Part shown: positions 10,200 through 17,579 of the stretch, one piece after another
Layout of the letters: every line of letters starts with the position of its first letter
How positions within the stretch are numbered: the stretch's first letter is position 1
Assembly: GCA_028695735.1 (NCBI GenBank)
Contig: JAQVIJ010000004.1
Span: forward strand, 64,671 to 128,670
Origin: Deltaproteobacteria bacterium
GTDB lineage: Bacteria; Desulfobacterota; Dissulfuribacteria; Dissulfuribacterales; DYLC01
Direction: 5' to 3'
Length of the DNA: 64,000 nucleotides
The notes under the pieces: generated by a model
What the model saw: the letters and a program-made list of their open reading frames with translations, nothing else
Told to the model about the DNA's origin: nothing
Databases searched by the model: none
Position numbers and translations under genes: made by a program

Positions 10200-11035
10200 T
10201 GTGTGACTCTCTCCAAAAGGGCCTCAAAGGCATCGCGAAGGTCGGGGCGGCTGTACAACAGCGGCTCACCCCTGGAGTATCCCTGGGCTATTCTGCGATC
10301 AAAGGGTATTTTCATAAGTATGGGAATGCCATTACTTCTGCACCACACCTCGGTCTCATCGCTTCCCATGTCGGCTCTATTGAGCACCACTCCAAAGGGC
10401 TGGCCCAGCCTTTGCAACACACTTGCAGCCAATTTCAGGTCGTGCAGGCCAAAGGGCGTGGGCTCGGTCACCAAAATCGTATAATGCGCATTGCGCACAG
10501 AGGCGATCACAGGGCAGGAGGTGCCAGGCGGTGCATCCACTATTACAAGCCCGCCCGCCTGTTCAAATTCACGGGCCTGGGCCTGCACTGCATGAATAAG
10601 GGGCGGCGACATGGCCTCGCCCACACGCAGACGGCCCTCTACGAAGAGCAGTTCGCCTGCCTTTCCCTCCTGCACCACGCCCACCTCCCGCCTGGCCTCG
10701 GAGATGGCCTTTTGTGGACAGACCAGCATACATCCGCCGCAGCCATGACACATCTCTGAAAAGGTCATGAGATGCCTGCCAAATATGGCTATGGCCTTGA
10801 ATTGGCATATCTCCTGACATTTTTTGCAAAAATCACAGCGAGATAAGTCCACCTCAGGCACAGGCATGGTAACGGGTATGCACCGTTCTATGCGTGGCTT
10901 TAGAAAGATGTGGCAATTGGGCTCCTCCACATCGCAATCTAGAAGGGCTACCCTGCCTGTGGCCGCAAGCCCAAGGCTCACAGCCACAGTGGTCTTGCCT
11001 GTTCCTCCCTTGCCGCTTGCAATCGCGATTCTCAC
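10196..11035 (-). CDS. MinD/ParA-type P-loop ATPase with an inserted ferredoxin-like domain (paralog)
   Basis: Walker A GKGGTGKTT, plus CDFCKKCQEIC and CHGCGGCMLVC. 4-nt overlap with the downstream paralog. Confidence 0.8.
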   Translation of the reverse strand: MRIAIASGKGGTGKTTVAVSLGLAATGRVALLDCDVEEPNCHIFLKPRIERCIPVTMPVPEVDLSRCDFCKKCQEICQFKAIAIFGRHLMTFSEMCHGCGGCMLVCPQKAISEARREVGVVQEGKAGELLFVEGRLRVGEAMSPPLIHAVQAQAREFEQAGGLVIVDAPPGTSCPVIASVRNAHYTILVTEPTPFGLHDLKLAASVLQRLGQPFGVVLNRADMGSDETEVWCRSNGIPILMKIPFDRRIAQGYSRGEPLLYSRPDLRDAFEALLERVTQ

Positions 11036-11700
11036 AGCCCCCAGCCCCTCACAGGCCTTCTTGCCAAGGGACGCCCTGAAACATTTGGGCAGGAGAGGTC
11101 ACGCCGCCTTCTTCTGATGCGCAGACTCAGATTTCTTCCCATGCATCGAAGCGCCTGGCCCATACCCGCAAGCATTGCCGCACAGCGGCCTTGTCCGCGA
11201 CCGCCGCCACCGCCCATGCCACGGCCACCACTCCGGCATCCACCGCCCATACTCCGTCCACCGCCGCCTTGTCCGCGACCGCGGCCTGCGCCTCCAAAAC
11301 TATTGCCGAAACTATTAGTTGAAGGGCCCGTGCCTTCACTGCTATGACCATTTGCATTTGGACTCAAAGACGATGTCGAATTCCCTTGATTAAAGCGCAT
11401 AACAGCCTCCTTAACTGTTCCTGTCTGTTCGGAAAACACCTTGACCCCTGCTGCGTCCAGGATGGCAAAGGCCTTTGGCCCCACCTGACCCGTAAGCAGG
11501 GCCTGTACTCCGGCATCCACCACCATGCTGGCGGCGTTAATGCCTGCCCCATGAGCGGCATTCTGGGATGCACGATTGTCTATGACCTTCACCACCTCCA
11601 GGGTATCGGTCTCTATGATGAGCAGATAATCTGCCCTGCCAAACCTTGGATCCACGAGGGAATCCATGCCCTGACCTGTTGCGCTGACGGCGATTCGCAT
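11032..11700 (-). CDS. NifB/NifX-family (dinitrogenase FeMo-cofactor-binding fold) protein with a Gly/Arg-rich C-terminal extension
   Basis: The N-terminal ~115 aa (MRIAVSA..DPRFGRADYLLIIETD..HGAGINAA..LLTGQVGPKAF..L..AGVKVF) match the NifX/NifB-like domain. The tail is GGAGRGRGQGGGGRSMGGGCRSGGRGMGGGGGRGQGR. Confidence 0.7.
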   Translation of the reverse strand: MRIAVSATGQGMDSLVDPRFGRADYLLIIETDTLEVVKVIDNRASQNAAHGAGINAASMVVDAGVQALLTGQVGPKAFAILDAAGVKVFSEQTGTVKEAVMRFNQGNSTSSLSPNANGHSSEGTGPSTNSFGNSFGGAGRGRGQGGGGRSMGGGCRSGGRGMGGGGGRGQGRCAAMLAGMGQALRCMGRNLSLRIRRRRRDLSCPNVSGRPLARRPVRGWGL

Positions 11701-11796
11701 TTGCTGTCTCCTTGTTTGGGATTATGAGCAAATGTTAAGTTATTTTTGAGAAATGTCAATGGGAATTCCATGGTTATTTTTCAAACCCAAAATTTG

Positions 11797-11913
11797 ACTG
11801 ACCTTCTCCTGTTCTTCTTGGGCCTTTCGTGCTATCATATTCAGCATGTCGATGAGCCATGCCGCAGACGGACACCTCCATCCGTATATTCAGGGGTCAT
11901 TAGAAGAGATATT
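11797..11913 (+). repeat. Left copy of a perfect 117-bp direct repeat (island boundary)
   Basis: Identical at 117 of 117 positions to 26418-26534, checked base by base. Confidence 0.95.
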
Positions 11914-11932
11914 GTTATCTAATGCGCTTTAA
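11846..11932 (+). pseudogene. Orphan 5' fragment of the Dna2-like nuclease-helicase gene
   Basis: MSMSHAADGHLHPYIQGSLEEI is identical to the start of the gene at 26467. It diverges in codon 23 and stops after 28 codons. Confidence 0.75.
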
Positions 11933-11935
11933 TTA

Positions 11936-11964
11936 TTGCAATAGCTATCATATATGGCTATATA
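11936..11964 (+). promoter_or_regulatory. Candidate sigma70-type promoter for the island operon
   Basis: TTGCAA (11936-11941), 17-nt spacer, TATAAA (11959-11964), in the AT-rich 190-bp stretch just inside the left junction. About 135 nt upstream of ATG 12101. Confidence 0.35.
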
Positions 11965-12100
11965 AAGATAATTGAGCAGTTGTGAAAACAGTAAATTCAA
12001 ACAGGCTCAATCTCCAAATTCACGACTATTATGAGTATTACGAACAGCGTAAAATCGGAATACTGTTCTTTGTTGATGTAGGGAACAGCGGGGGGCACTC

Positions 12101-15100
12101 ATGATTAAGACGGTCAAGCAGGCCTGCCGGTTCAATCCAATCATTCGGGACTACCGGATGAGCCAGGGAATCGAGAACCTGGTAGAACTCATCAATGACG
12201 CGGGCGACGGTCGCGAGTTCTTCTCGCGCAACTACGTCACGCACGGCATGGAGCAGCTCTTCCGTGAGGGGCTGCTGCGCCTGTCGGGTAAGTCAGATCA
12301 GGCGGTCTTCGAGCTCACCCAGGCTATGGGCGGTGGTAAGACCCATATGATGATCGCACTTGGCCTGCTCGCGCGTCATCCGCATCTGCGTAAGGACGTC
12401 TTGCCCGCCGACTTGACGTCTCGCATTGAATTTGACCAGGCACGTATCGCCGCCTTCAACGGTCGCAACAACCCAGACAACTACATCTGGGGGGAGATCG
12501 CAAGTCAGCTTGGCGCCGAGGATGCCATCAAGCCCTACTGGGCGAACGGTCCCAAGGCCGTCGATCAGCGAAAGTGGAAGGAAATCATTGGTTATGAGCC
12601 GACATTGATTTTGCTGGATGAGCTGCCGCCCTATCTGGACAACGCCAGCACCCAAGTGTTCGGTCAGGGCACGCTGGCCAAGATGGTGGTCTACAGCCTC
12701 TCCAGCCTCATGAGCGCAGCGCTGGAGTTACCGCGTTGTGCCATCGTGATTGCCAACCTATCTGGCAGTTACACGCAGGCGACCAAGGCCTTGCGTGAGG
12801 CGATCTCCAATCTCCAACAAGAGACGCGGCGTCAGGCCATGACCATCACGCCGGTGCAACTGGCCGGCAATGAAATCTACGAAATCCTCAAGAAGCGCCT
12901 TATCGACGAACTGCCTGATGAGCGCGTCATCTCCGACATCGCGGAGGAGTACGCGCAGCAAATCAAGAAGGCGGAGGACGGCGGCTACATCGTGGCCAGC
13001 AGCATCGAGCAAATCGCAGAAGAGGTGCGCCAGACCTATCCATTTCACCCCTCGTTCAAGCACCTTGTCGCGCTATTCAAGGAGAATGAAGGCTTTCGCC
13101 AAACTCGCGGCCTGATGCAGTTTACCGCGCGTCTCCTCAAAAGCGTCGAGGACCGTGAAACGGATGATGTCTTCCTCATCGGCGCACAGCATCTCAATCT
13201 CAATGATGATCAGGTCAGGGATGAGATCGAGCGCATCGCACCCAAATTGATGCCAGCGGTGACGCATGACATCGCCGACAACGGCAATGCAATTGCCGAG
13301 CACATCGACGACGAGCTGGGGTCGGACGCCGCACGCCAGGTGATGACTCTACTGCTTGCCTCGAGTCTGTCTCGCGTGGTTGGCGGGCGGATCGGCCTTT
13401 CCGAGAGCGAGCTCATCGAGTTCCTGGCCGCCCCGCAGCGCAAGCCGGACGAATTTCTCCAGGCCCTGCAGCGGCTGCGCGAGGCCGCCTGGTACCTGCA
13501 CCGGGAGGAGCAGCGCTTCTTCATCAAAGAAACCGAGAATCTTTCGCGTCAGATCGAGCGCAACGCAAAGGAAATTCCTCAGCCCAAGATTGATCAGGCG
13601 CTGATCAATCGGCTCACCGGCATCCTTGAGCCAGTTCGCAAAATTGCCTACCAGGAGGTGCAGGTTCTGCCCAAGCTCGACGAATTGAAGCTCTCCGGCC
13701 CGCGGACGCTCATCGTCATCAAGCCAGATGGCAAGGTTCCGCCCAGTGAGCTCCAGAACTTCTTTGACTATCAGACGGAAAAGAACAACCTACTGGTGCT
13801 GACCGGCCAGGATAGCTTGTTGGCCGACGCTGTCGAGGAACGGTTGCGCGAGTTATATGCCATCGAGCAGATTCACAAACGGCTTCGCCCTGGAGACACC
13901 CTTTACGAAGAGGCTCGTGATCGTCTGGAAGATGCCGAACAGCGCTTCAACAAAGCGCTCTCGGCGGCCTACAACCGGCTCTACTTCCCGGTGAACGACC
14001 CGGGCGATGACCGTGACGTTTTGGCCGGCGTCACCATCGATCAAGGGCTGAAGCTCGGCCAGGGCGATCAGTCCGCCGAAGCTCAGATCGAGAGTCTGCT
14101 CGCAAGCCCAATAGCGAATTACAAGCTCGTGCGCGAGCTGACAAAAGACAACCTGAACGAATACTTTGCCATGGCCGAGGAGTATCTCTGGCCCAAAGGC
14201 GCAGATAACCGCCGCACGCCGTGGAAAGACGTCGTCACGCGCGCCAAGTGTTCACCCATCTGGCCCTGGATGCCGGGCGCGAGCGGTCTGGATACCCTCA
14301 AGACCGAGGCGTTGAAGCAAGGGCGCTGGCGTCTCGGTGAAGACGGCTACATTGAGAAAGGGCCATTCCCCAAGGACAAGGCCACCGTCAACGTGTCCGT
14401 CATCAACGTCAAGGCGGACACTGGTGAGACGGTGTTGAGCCTCACACCACGCCACGCAGGTGAAAGCCCGGTCGTCTATTGGTCGACCAAGCCTGACGTG
14501 TCCGACAAGGATCACAAGGTCGAGGACTTGGACAACTTCAGTTCGACTGAAGGCACCCTGTACTTCTGGGTCAAGGACACCACTGGGCAACATGAAAGCG
14601 CTCCCCCCGTGCGCTGGCTGGCCGACCTCAAGATCCGTCATCAGGTCGAACCTGCCGCCGACAAGCGCCGTGTCACCCTGGCCGTCACGCCGCGCGCCGA
14701 TCTCTTCTATACCTTGGACGGTTCCAACCCCAAGGACGGCACCCGCTACGACGGGCCGTTCGAGATTGGGTCGGCGAGCTGCCGTCTGCTGGTGTTCGCT
14801 CGTGCAGGCGAAGCTAACAAGACGGCGGACTTTCAGATTCCTGCCAGTGGTGACAAAATGGTTCAGATCGTAGATAGCAAGCCGGCGCGTCTGCAAAGCA
14901 AACGCGTCGCTCTCGACACGACTGACCGCGTCTTCGGCGTCATCAACCGTTTCCGCGATCAGCCGGGCACGCGTTTCAAGGGAGTGCGGGTCGAAATCGG
15001 CGAAGGCGAGAACACCGTGACTGTCCGCTTCCAAGAGCGTGAGGTTACAGCCGCCATCATCGAAGGCGTGGTCAACAGCCTGCGCGAGGTGCTCAAAGAG

Positions 15101-15223
15101 CCTAACGCACCGCTCACCATAGTCATCAACGGTGTTCACTTCGACACTGGCTTCGCGTTGAAGGAGTTTGCCACGCTTGCCGGAATCGAATTGAAGCCGG
15201 GCGAAGTGATTCAGGAGGATTGA
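12101..15223 (+). CDS. Large DUF499-type P-loop ATPase
   Basis: 1040 aa. Walker A AMGGGKTHMM and Walker B TLILLDELPPY. The N-terminal pattern is recognised as the DUF499 family. The C-terminal region has an Ig-like FYTLDGSNPKDGTRYDGPFEI motif. Confidence 0.75.
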   Translation: MIKTVKQACRFNPIIRDYRMSQGIENLVELINDAGDGREFFSRNYVTHGMEQLFREGLLRLSGKSDQAVFELTQAMGGGKTHMMIALGLLARHPHLRKDVLPADLTSRIEFDQARIAAFNGRNNPDNYIWGEIASQLGAEDAIKPYWANGPKAVDQRKWKEIIGYEPTLILLDELPPYLDNASTQVFGQGTLAKMVVYSLSSLMSAALELPRCAIVIANLSGSYTQATKALREAISNLQQETRRQAMTITPVQLAGNEIYEILKKRLIDELPDERVISDIAEEYAQQIKKAEDGGYIVASSIEQIAEEVRQTYPFHPSFKHLVALFKENEGFRQTRGLMQFTARLLKSVEDRETDDVFLIGAQHLNLNDDQVRDEIERIAPKLMPAVTHDIADNGNAIAEHIDDELGSDAARQVMTLLLASSLSRVVGGRIGLSESELIEFLAAPQRKPDEFLQALQRLREAAWYLHREEQRFFIKETENLSRQIERNAKEIPQPKIDQALINRLTGILEPVRKIAYQEVQVLPKLDELKLSGPRTLIVIKPDGKVPPSELQNFFDYQTEKNNLLVLTGQDSLLADAVEERLRELYAIEQIHKRLRPGDTLYEEARDRLEDAEQRFNKALSAAYNRLYFPVNDPGDDRDVLAGVTIDQGLKLGQGDQSAEAQIESLLASPIANYKLVRELTKDNLNEYFAMAEEYLWPKGADNRRTPWKDVVTRAKCSPIWPWMPGASGLDTLKTEALKQGRWRLGEDGYIEKGPFPKDKATVNVSVINVKADTGETVLSLTPRHAGESPVVYWSTKPDVSDKDHKVEDLDNFSSTEGTLYFWVKDTTGQHESAPPVRWLADLKIRHQVEPAADKRRVTLAVTPRADLFYTLDGSNPKDGTRYDGPFEIGSASCRLLVFARAGEANKTADFQIPASGDKMVQIVDSKPARLQSKRVALDTTDRVFGVINRFRDQPGTRFKGVRVEIGEGENTVTVRFQEREVTAAIIEGVVNSLREVLKEPNAPLTIVINGVHFDTGFALKEFATLAGIELKPGEVIQED

Positions 15224-15225
15224 GG

Positions 15226-15858
15226 ATGGCACAAGCCAAGGCCGCAGCCAATACCGAATCACCGAAGCCGCGCTCACAAATGCCGCATACGCTGGGCTTC
15301 GGGGTGCCGGCCACCTCTGACCCGCATCACTTCAAGGTGATTATCCCCAGGAGCAGCACGGGCAAGGTCTTGATCAGCGAGTACCTCGGTCTGCAATCGG
15401 CCTCGGCGGAGAGTGCGGTGATCGACCGCGTCTTGCTCGACAGGCCGCGCTGGACAGCGATCCGTGCCGAAGTGCAGCGAGCCTTCAACGCCCGCCTCAC
15501 CGCACATGGCCTGAAGCCCAGCGCGTGGAAAGTCGGCGAAAACCTGGTGGACCGCCTGCTCGGCAAGGAGCTCTGTGTCCTTGCCTGGGCTGTGGAGCAG
15601 ATGGATGCTGACAGAATTCCTGTTGCCGTGCGGAATTGGCTCGCACTGCGGCCAGAAGAACGCTGGTGGCTGTTTGGCATGACCGCCATGACAACCGGCG
15701 GGGTGATGGATGGAGGCAAGGGGTGGCGTGCCGCCCTTCAGCACGCCTTGGGCGATGTGGTGCAGAGTGAGTTGCTCGCTCTTCGTGCCCGACGTGGCAA
15801 GCTGGAACAGAAAGTTGCCCAGGTCTCATTAGGGCTGTTCGGAGACGAAGTGCCATGA
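15226..15858 (+). CDS. DUF3780-like small protein (usual partner of DUF499/DUF1156)
   Basis: ATG 15226 is preceded by caggagg. The track start at 15220 is a TTG. The family call rests on memory of the conserved DUF499-DUF3780-DUF1156 gene order. Confidence 0.5.
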   Translation: MAQAKAAANTESPKPRSQMPHTLGFGVPATSDPHHFKVIIPRSSTGKVLISEYLGLQSASAESAVIDRVLLDRPRWTAIRAEVQRAFNARLTAHGLKPSAWKVGENLVDRLLGKELCVLAWAVEQMDADRIPVAVRNWLALRPEERWWLFGMTAMTTGGVMDGGKGWRAALQHALGDVVQSELLALRARRGKLEQKVAQVSLGLFGDEVP

Positions 15859-16520
15859 ACACCGTACCCCAGAAGCCCAAAATTTATCACATCGTCCATG
15901 TGGATCGTCTGCCCTCCATCGTGGCCGCCGGCTTCCTCTGGTGCGACGCGGAGGTCATTCGTCGTGCGCTCGCGGGTACGACCATCGGCATGAGCAGAAT
16001 CAAGCAGCGGCGCTTGACCCTGCCACTGAACAGCCACCCCGATCTGCACGTAGGCGACTGCGTGCCGTTTTACTTCTGCCCGCGCTCGGTGATGCTGTAC
16101 CTGATCTACCAGGGCAATCATCAGGATCTGGAGTATCGCGGCGGGCAGGCCCCAATCCTGCATCTCGAAGCGGATCTGCATGCCACCGTTGCTTGGGCAC
16201 AAGCCCAACAGAGGCGGTGGGCCTTCACCCTCTCGAACGCCGGTTCGTACTTCTTCGAGGACCGTTGCGATTTGGCATGCCTCGACGAAATCGACTGGGC
16301 GGCCGTTCAAGCCCTGGACTGGCAGCAGTGCAAGGAAGGCAAGCAAGCCGAGTTTCTGCTGGAGCACAGCTTTCCCTGGCACCTGATCGAGCGCATCGGC
16401 GTGCTCAATTACACGATCTATCAACAAGTTGTGAAGGCCCTTCCGCTAAACGGACACCGACCTACGGTCAAAATCTGCGAGGATTGGTATTACCGAGAAA
16501 TGAGAGGAGCACAGCTATGA
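15855..16520 (+). CDS. darT: DarT ssDNA thymidine ADP-ribosyltransferase (DUF4433 toxin)
   Basis: 221 aa. KIYHIVHVDRLPSI start, CVPFYFCPRSVMLY, and KQAEFLLEHSFPW carrying the catalytic-Glu context. ATGA overlaps on both sides. Confidence 0.8.
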   Translation: MNTVPQKPKIYHIVHVDRLPSIVAAGFLWCDAEVIRRALAGTTIGMSRIKQRRLTLPLNSHPDLHVGDCVPFYFCPRSVMLYLIYQGNHQDLEYRGGQAPILHLEADLHATVAWAQAQQRRWAFTLSNAGSYFFEDRCDLACLDEIDWAAVQALDWQQCKEGKQAEFLLEHSFPWHLIERIGVLNYTIYQQVVKALPLNGHRPTVKICEDWYYREMRGAQL

Positions 16521-17566
16521 TCGAGTTCACCTCGGGTGACATTCTGAAGTGTGAGGCCGACGCGCTGGTCAACACCGTCAACTGCGTCGGCATGATGGGT
16601 CGCGGGATTGCCTTGCAGTTCAAGAACGCCTTCCCTGAGAACTTCAAGGCCTATGAGGCTGCGTGTAAGCGCCAGGCCGTGCAGCCTGGGCTTATGTTTG
16701 TCTTTGAAACAGGGCAGCTCACGCCACCGCGCTTCATCATCAACTTTCCGACTAAGCGCCATTGGCGCGGCAAGAGCCGCATCAAGGACATCGAAGCAGG
16801 TTTGGTCGATCTGGTTCGGGTCATTCGCGAAAAGGGTATCCGCTCCATCGCCATCCCACCGCTGGGCTGTGGCTTGGGGGGCTTGGACTGGCGCGAGGTG
16901 CGCCCCCGCATCGAGCAAGCGTTGGAGCAACTGGCAGACGTGCACGTGCTCGTGTTCGAGCCCAACGGTGCACCCACCACGGACAAGATGACCCATGTGC
17001 GTGAAGTGCCGGCCATGACCGCGGGTCGCGCGGCCCTCGTTGAGTTGATTCACCGTTACCTTAGTGGCCTGCTCGACCCCTTCGTGACCTTGCTCGAGGT
17101 GCACAAGCTGATGTACTTCATGCAGGAGGCAGGGGAGCCGCTGCGCCTGAAGTACGTCAAGGCACCTTATGGCCCCTACGCCGAGAACCTGCGCCATGTG
17201 CTGCGCACGGTCGAGGGACACATGATCGCGGGTTACGCCGACGGCGGCGATGCGCCAGACAAGCCTCTGACGCTGGTTCCCGGCGCCATCCAGGAGGCAT
17301 CCGCCTTCCTCGACCAACATGCCGACAGCCGTGAACGCTTCGAGCGTGTCACCCGCCTCATCGAGGGCTTTGAGTCGCCCTATGGCCTCGAGCTGCTCTC
17401 GACCGTGCATTGGGTCATGACGCGCGAGGGCGGCAGCCAGCTCGATGACGTGGCCGAGCGCATCTACGCCTGGCACCCGCGCAAGCGTCAGTTCACGCTT
17501 CGACAGATTGCTATCGCTGCCGACAGACTGACCGCCCAAGGTTGGGTGCAGGCAGCGACCGCTTGA
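16517..17566 (+). CDS. darG: DarG macrodomain antitoxin (DNA ADP-ribosyl glycohydrolase)
   Basis: Start at ATG 16517 (MIEFTSGDILKCEADALVNTVNCVGMMGRGIALQFK, macrodomain). 349 aa with a C-terminal partner-binding domain. The upstream 192 codons of the track ORF overlap darT out of frame. Confidence 0.8.
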   Translation: MIEFTSGDILKCEADALVNTVNCVGMMGRGIALQFKNAFPENFKAYEAACKRQAVQPGLMFVFETGQLTPPRFIINFPTKRHWRGKSRIKDIEAGLVDLVRVIREKGIRSIAIPPLGCGLGGLDWREVRPRIEQALEQLADVHVLVFEPNGAPTTDKMTHVREVPAMTAGRAALVELIHRYLSGLLDPFVTLLEVHKLMYFMQEAGEPLRLKYVKAPYGPYAENLRHVLRTVEGHMIAGYADGGDAPDKPLTLVPGAIQEASAFLDQHADSRERFERVTRLIEGFESPYGLELLSTVHWVMTREGGSQLDDVAERIYAWHPRKRQFTLRQIAIAADRLTAQGWVQAATA

Positions 17567-17579
17567 AAAACCCCTCGCC

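Noticed and set aside
11117-11347. Proline-rich + strand ORF (PPPPPMPRPPLRHPPPILRPPPP).
   Set aside because: It is the reverse-complement reading of the Gly/Arg-rich tail of the minus-strand NifX-like gene, so it is a mirror artefact.
15941-16516. 192-codon upstream extension of the darG ORF given in the track.
   Set aside because: It lies entirely inside darT in a different frame and has an Arg/Pro/Ala-rich shadow composition. The macrodomain starts at MIEFTSGD with an ATGA overlap on the darT stop.
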